Shown piece after piece: positions 58,901-64,000 of a stretch of DNA of 64,000 nucleotides. Each line of letters begins with the position of its first letter. Positions within the stretch are counted from its first letter, which is position 1. The translations under genes and the position numbers were made by a program. The stretch comes from Strigamia acuminata (Eukaryota). The notes beneath the pieces are model-generated. The model worked only from the letters and a program-made list of their open reading frames with translations. It made no database searches and had not been told where the DNA came from. The DNA lies in contig OX442314.1 of the NCBI GenBank assembly GCA_949358305.1, positions 9,114,001-9,178,000 on the forward strand. The letters are read 5' to 3'.

Positions 58901-60659
58901 TATTTTATAAAAAAAATTCTCATGAATTTCGTGTTATAAGCATTTTGTTGGTAATAACTTCATATTCTCAGCCTTTTTTTGCTAATTTTATCTTTTCTCT
59001 CTAAATTAGGGTTAAAATACTGCACGAGAATTTCCTCGACTTACAAGACATGTTCAAAGCTATGGAAGAGAACTTCAAAGAAATCCTATACCTCATCTAC
59101 GTCGACGTAGAAACAACCGTCTCCATGCTGGCATCCGGATCTGTCGCTCCACCCCCAACATCAGTAAACAAAAACAAAACAATAATTTAAAATTTTAAAA
59201 ATTTGTCAATTTCTATTCAAAGTCGATCGACATGAAACAACCGAAACAATTTCTATCACGTGACTGGCTATCGGGCATCAAAGTAGCAAAAACAAATCCA
59301 AAATGAAACGTTTTAAATTAATATTAAATAATTTTGATAGTCACAACTACGATGGATCCAAGATGAAGTCGGACGTGCGGCGCCATCTGCAACCACAACC
59401 AAGCACCACACGGTGTCGGTTGACAGCGTGCACACGCACGTGCCTCTCCAATCGCCGAAAGTTGATTTGCGCATGACCTCGCCCCGAAAAAACTCGCCGC
59501 CCATCTATTTGATAGAGAAATCCGAACGTGGTCTGCAAGAATCGGGCGACGGCAACTCGACGCAGATCAACAACGATGAGTCGCGCAGTAATGGCGGCCC
59601 GCTCAACAGCACGGAAATACCCGAGTCGCAGAAATCGAATTGGGAAAACACGCAAACGGAGATTTTAAAACGATATCAGAGGTCGGTAAATGGAAGAATA
59701 ATTCGTTTACATTAATTTAACGTCCAGAAAATTTCTTTAATATCAAGAAATTTTATTGAAAATCAAGAAATTTCATTGAAATTCAAGAAAATTTATTGAA
59801 AATCAAGAAATTTCATTTGAAATTTAAGAAAATTTATTTGAAATATATGAAAATTCATTGAAATTTATGAAAATTTATTGAAATTTAAGAAAATTCATTG
59901 AAATTTAAGAAAATTCATTAATATTTAAGAAAATTCATTGAAATTTAAGAAAATTCATTGAAATTCAACAAAAATTTATCAAAATTCAAGAAAAATTCAT
60001 TGCAATCCAAGAAAAATTTATTAAAATTCAACAAAAATTCATTGAAATTCAACAAAAATTCATTGAAATTCAACAAAAATTCATTAAAATTCAACAAAAA
60101 TTCATTGAAATTCAACAAAAATTTATTATAATTCAACAAAAATTCATTGAAATTCAACCAAAATTTATTGAAATTCAACCAAATTCATTGAAATTCAACA
60201 AAAATTCATTGAAATTCAACAAAAATTCATTGAAATTCGAGAAAATAATTGAAAGTAAAAATAATTCACTAAAATTAATTTAAACCAAGAGAATAAAATT
60301 TTTCTTATTTTTTTTTATATTCAGATTTCAACAAATATTCGACAACATCAACGCGGATTTCAGCAAATCGAACATCCATTTTGAGGCTGAACAGAACAAC
60401 GAGGCGACCAAGGTGTCGGTTGTTCATCTTTAACGATAATGAGTATCGAGGAACGTGATTGTTTGTATTAAAATTGGGTTTTTAGGTGGCACCAACTTCG
60501 GGAGGTCTGCTGTCGTCCTCTTTGAGTTCCATCTCGGAATTTTCGTGCGACGCGGCCGCCGAGGACATCACACCGGAAGTAGCAAATAATGTTTTTAAAA
60601 ATGCCGATCAACTAGCGGTAGTGGGGACTTTGCCAGTTAATTCACCATCTTGTGACTGA
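52997..60659 (+). CDS. Multi-exon coiled-coil protein of unknown family
   Basis: Series of GC-richer AG/GT-bounded exons (e.g. ~54883-55154, 55213-55387, 57628-57848, 59340-59680, 60486-60659) encoding E/K/Q/L heptad-rich peptides. The exact model is uncertain. Confidence 0.7.
54215..54540. repeat. Intronic ~30-bp tandem repeat
   Basis: ATGCAAAATTTGTCATATTTATGCCAAAAA-like units. Confidence 0.85.
55440..55860. repeat. Intronic ~31-bp tandem repeat
   Basis: AAAATTTTAAAACGGTTTTAAGACGAAACAA-like units. Confidence 0.9.
56680..57480. repeat. Intronic 20/21-bp tandem repeats, bracketed by MITE-like ends (~56507-57579)
   Basis: ATCAAAAAAGTGAAATTTTA units, then GGAAATAAGTGAATTTTCAAT units; AATAAGAGCCGCCCTC motifs on both sides. 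Confidence 0.9.
58395..58940. repeat. Intronic degenerate ~31-32-bp tandem repeat
   Basis: TGAATTTCGTGTTTTAT...-containing units. Confidence 0.8.
59730..60240. repeat. Intronic 21-bp tandem repeat (TGAAATTCAACAAAAATTCAT)
   Basis: Read directly. Confidence 0.9.
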
Positions 60660-61634
60660 TGTTTTAATATTTTTATATGGAAAATTATTGGGGTCTTGAA
60701 ATTTATTTTTTTTTACAAAATGCACTTTTTATACAAATTGTTTATTTATTTATTTATGTATTTTTATTAACGGAAATGGTTGCACTTTTTTTTTTACAAG
60801 TTAAAAAATTGTATGCCAAATTCTAAATTGTATATAGTCTAAAAAGAATAAATGAAAGATGACCTCAGTAGTACATTGGTTGATTATTTAAGTTTTGACT
60901 GCATTTTTAAATGGAAAAATGACAATTTTAGATGGAAAATTGCATTTCTGGACAAAAACATCCATTTTTTAGAGGGAAAAATGGGTATTTAGATACCAAA
61001 AATGCAATTGTGGACAGAAAAATGCATATTTAAATCGATTACACGCTTCAAATAACACGAAAACGTATTTTATTGAATTGACAGGAAATTACATCATTTG
61101 AATTCTCCGACTTTGTCTTTCTACATTCCAGTTTTTAGATCAGAAACATGGACGAAAAGAACAATTAATGATAATTAATGAACATTTTATTGATTTCTAA
61201 AGATTTTCAACACTTTTATTTTCGTTTAAAAAACAAAATAGACATTATTTCGTTTGTAAACCGCGCGCCATTTTAATATCCACTACCAGCAAGTGGCGGC
61301 ATCTAGCACCAAATTTCCAAAACATTCCTCCGCCATTTTAACATTAGGTAAGGAAATAAATCATTCCCAAACCCCTAATTCACTTCAGTTTACAGTTTAT
61401 AATCTGTATTTACGAGCCAAGCCGGAAATGGTTTCATTATTTTTAATCAGAACATTACAAGTTACATTAATAGCCTTAAGAAATGATGATATAGTGAACT
61501 ATAAAATATTTCATGTGGTCAAAGTTTGTTGTCTACACAAGAGACAAATGACTAAATTGCATACAGGCATTGTACATATAAATTATAAGAATATAAAGTG
61601 TCAATTTATTGGTCAGGGAAAAGAAAAAACAAAC

Positions 61635-64000
61635 TCAAACCACTGACAGGTCAGTTTGGACTTGAAGTTCACTCGAAAAGTCTTCGACTTGTTCCCTTTG
61701 GGGCAGTTTTCTTTTGATTTTAATGACATTATTTGCATTTGTGATTCTTTTGACGCCTTGAATTGTTTTCTCGCACAGTTTGTTCAATTTCTTCACTTTT
61801 TCGCACTTGTCGGACATCTTAAATGCTTTGTTCTGGTTCGAAATGATGTTTTGCTCGCTCGGCGGCGGATTCGACGAATTCAGATCCTCGGTTGAGTGTT
61901 TGGGCGGAGATTCTTCGACTTCGGATGTATTTCTCTGTCTTTTCAACATGAGGTCCGAGCCCTGCTTGATCTTGAATTTTTTTGGATATGTTGGATCCGT
62001 CAGAGTCGATGGGTAAAACTGATTTGCTGGAATAAATAAATAAATTAATAAATACAGTATTGGTTGGAATTACAGGCTTGTCCAAGACCAACTCACCTTG
62101 ATTTGGTGTTGATGGCAGAAGGTATAAATACGAAAGAGATGATGCTAAAAATGGGTGACATATTGCAACTGAAGGCGTCAACCTATCACCTGTGAGTAAA
62201 AAATATATTTTTATTTATTTTTATACTTTTTTTGGTTCTAAAAATCAATTTTTGGTTCTAGAAATTAATTTTTGGTTCTAAAAGTCAATTTTTGGGTCTA
62301 AAAATCAATTTTTGATTCTAAAAATCAATTGTTGGATCTAAAAATCGATTTTCGGTTCTAAAAATCAATTTTTGGTTCTAAAAATCAATTTTTGGTTCTA
62401 AAAATCAATTTTTAATTCTAAAAATCAATTTTTCGTTCTAAGAATTAATTTTTGGTTCTAAAAATCAATTTTTGGGTCTAAAAGTCCATTTTTGGGTCTA
62501 AAAGTCAATTTTTGGGTCTAAAAGTCAATTTTTGGTTCTCAAAATCAATTTTTGGTTCTAAAAATCAATTTTGTGGTTCTAAAAATCAACTTTGTGGTTC
62601 TAAAAATCAACTTTGTGTTTCTAAAAATCAATTTTGTGGTCTAAAAATTAATTTTTGGTTCTGAAAATCAATTTGTGGTTGATCTCATAAATTTATTTTT
62701 ATCATTGGATCCACCCTTGTTTTTTAAAACTAATACTATCAAGTTAGGTCTGCTTCAGTAGCCATATTGACCTTAAGGTTTACAATTAACCTACTTATAT
62801 AATCCAAAATGATGCTAGGGTGTCAGAATAAGTATCTGTAGATTACTTGACCTAATTAATAATTTCAATCTTTTCAGAAAAAAAAATATATAATTGCATT
62901 TTAAGTGATTTTAAGAAGAAATTGCCGATAATTTCTGATAATACCAATAATCTACTGATTCATTACTGATAATCTGGACAAATACAAGTGTCAACTAATG
63001 ATGCAAATGCTGCAAATGACAACATAAAATAACACTTACCAGGTGAAAGTGTCAACAAACAAGATAAAAAATCAACAAATTTCCAATCCCAGCATCTTCC
63101 AAGTGCTTGATTTAAACTTTGCATAATTTCTTAAAAAAAAAAATTAAAATCAAATTAAATTAAAAAAAATCAAACAAATCAAATTACCACTTTTATTCCA
63201 AGGAATCCCTATGAATTGAGTAAACAATGTACTGAATTCTCCTTTGCTAAACTCCTGTGGCAAAGGTCCCAAAATTGAAGTGATCTGTAGGCAATAAAGG
63301 CAGATTACTTCCACTTTCCAATCAATTTAATCATTCCCCACCCCTCCCCCCAAGAAAAAAAATCTTCAATTTACTTTAGTGAGAACTTCATTTTTATTTC
63401 TTCCAAGAAACAAGGGCTGTCCTGAGTAGAGCTCAGCTATGATACAACCCAATGACCAAACATCCACTTGCAATCCAAAAGAGAGTCCCAGCAGAACCTT
63501 TGCAATTGGCAACCGGAAAAAAAAGTGAATTAACAAATTTGCTATTTACACACAAAAGGAGTTTGTTTTTCCTGTTTCATTCTATTTATGAACCACTTAA
63601 TCCAATCAATGTTCAAAATCAGTAAATGGGGGTCTGAAAAAAAGCTTTTTCGACACCCGAGGATTGGAAATTTCTCTCTCGGGTTCTCTCAAGTGTGAGA
63701 TCTTATGTAAACATTTCAATCCACACTTGAAACTTTTCTCTTAGCAAATTAAAAATATGAGGGCAAAATGTGTTTTTCTGCTCATAATGCAGAAATTACA
63801 TCAAATTTGAATGTTGAGTGGGGAAAATTAAAATTGTTTTTGCTTTAGTTTGTTATCTTTTTGTGTAGGGTTGATAGTCACCTCTGGAGCTCTGTAGATG
63901 AGGGTTTGCAGTTCATAATCACAGTAGTATAAAGACAGTTCTTCGTGGACACAACGGATTGCATTTCCGAAATCGACAACCCGGAGTGAGGATGAATCTT
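61635..64000 (-). CDS. 3' part of a CMGC Ser/Thr kinase (HIPK/DYRK-like); 5' end lies beyond the right edge
   Basis: Exons encode LRVVDFGNA...LQTLIYRAPE (64000-63882), VLLG...VDVWSLGCIIAELYSGQPLF (~63498-63376), ITSILGPLP and DRLTPSVAICHPFL (~62189-62097), followed by a C-terminal exon ending at 61635. Confidence 0.88.
62230..62680. repeat. Intronic 20-bp tandem repeat (AAAATCAATTTTTGGTTCTA)
   Basis: Read directly. Confidence 0.93.

Noticed and set aside
57246..60178. ORFs with repeated heptapeptides (KIHLFPL, NEFLLNF)
   Set aside because: Translations of 21-bp intronic tandem repeats.

Overview
This is AT-rich, intron-containing animal genomic DNA that looks arthropod-like. It is not prokaryotic, and I found no CRISPR array, rRNA or tRNA gene. 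The left 42 kb is a minus-strand tandem cluster of 4-exon Star-like / FkbM (Methyltransf_21) membrane-protein genes. The cluster is present as a roughly 10-kb three-gene block duplicated in tandem (four complete gene models, one running off the window, one pseudogene) and is heavily invaded by transposons. These include an apparently intact 11.3-kb Ty3/gypsy element (tRNA-Phe PBS, -1 frameshift signal, AT-hook cluster between RNase H and integrase, an extra non-env ORF3, strong ACGCGT enrichment). A second, oppositely oriented LTR of the same family abuts the same base of the same intronic 20-bp satellite. There is also a 5.9-kb Bel/Pao element with one in-frame stop inserted at a splice donor, a solo LTR, and many MITEs. 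The right 21 kb holds a head-to-head inverted pair of catalytic-domain-only RNase H1 genes, a CCDC9-like gene, a divergent coiled-coil gene and the 3' part of a HIPK/DYRK-type kinase. Most large introns carry unrelated tandem repeats whose unit lengths are all multiples of about 10.3 bp. The best candidate for a novel system is an AT-hook-bearing gypsy integrase targeting these helically phased A-tract intronic arrays; this is a hypothesis. All alignments, counts and exon models were made by eye.
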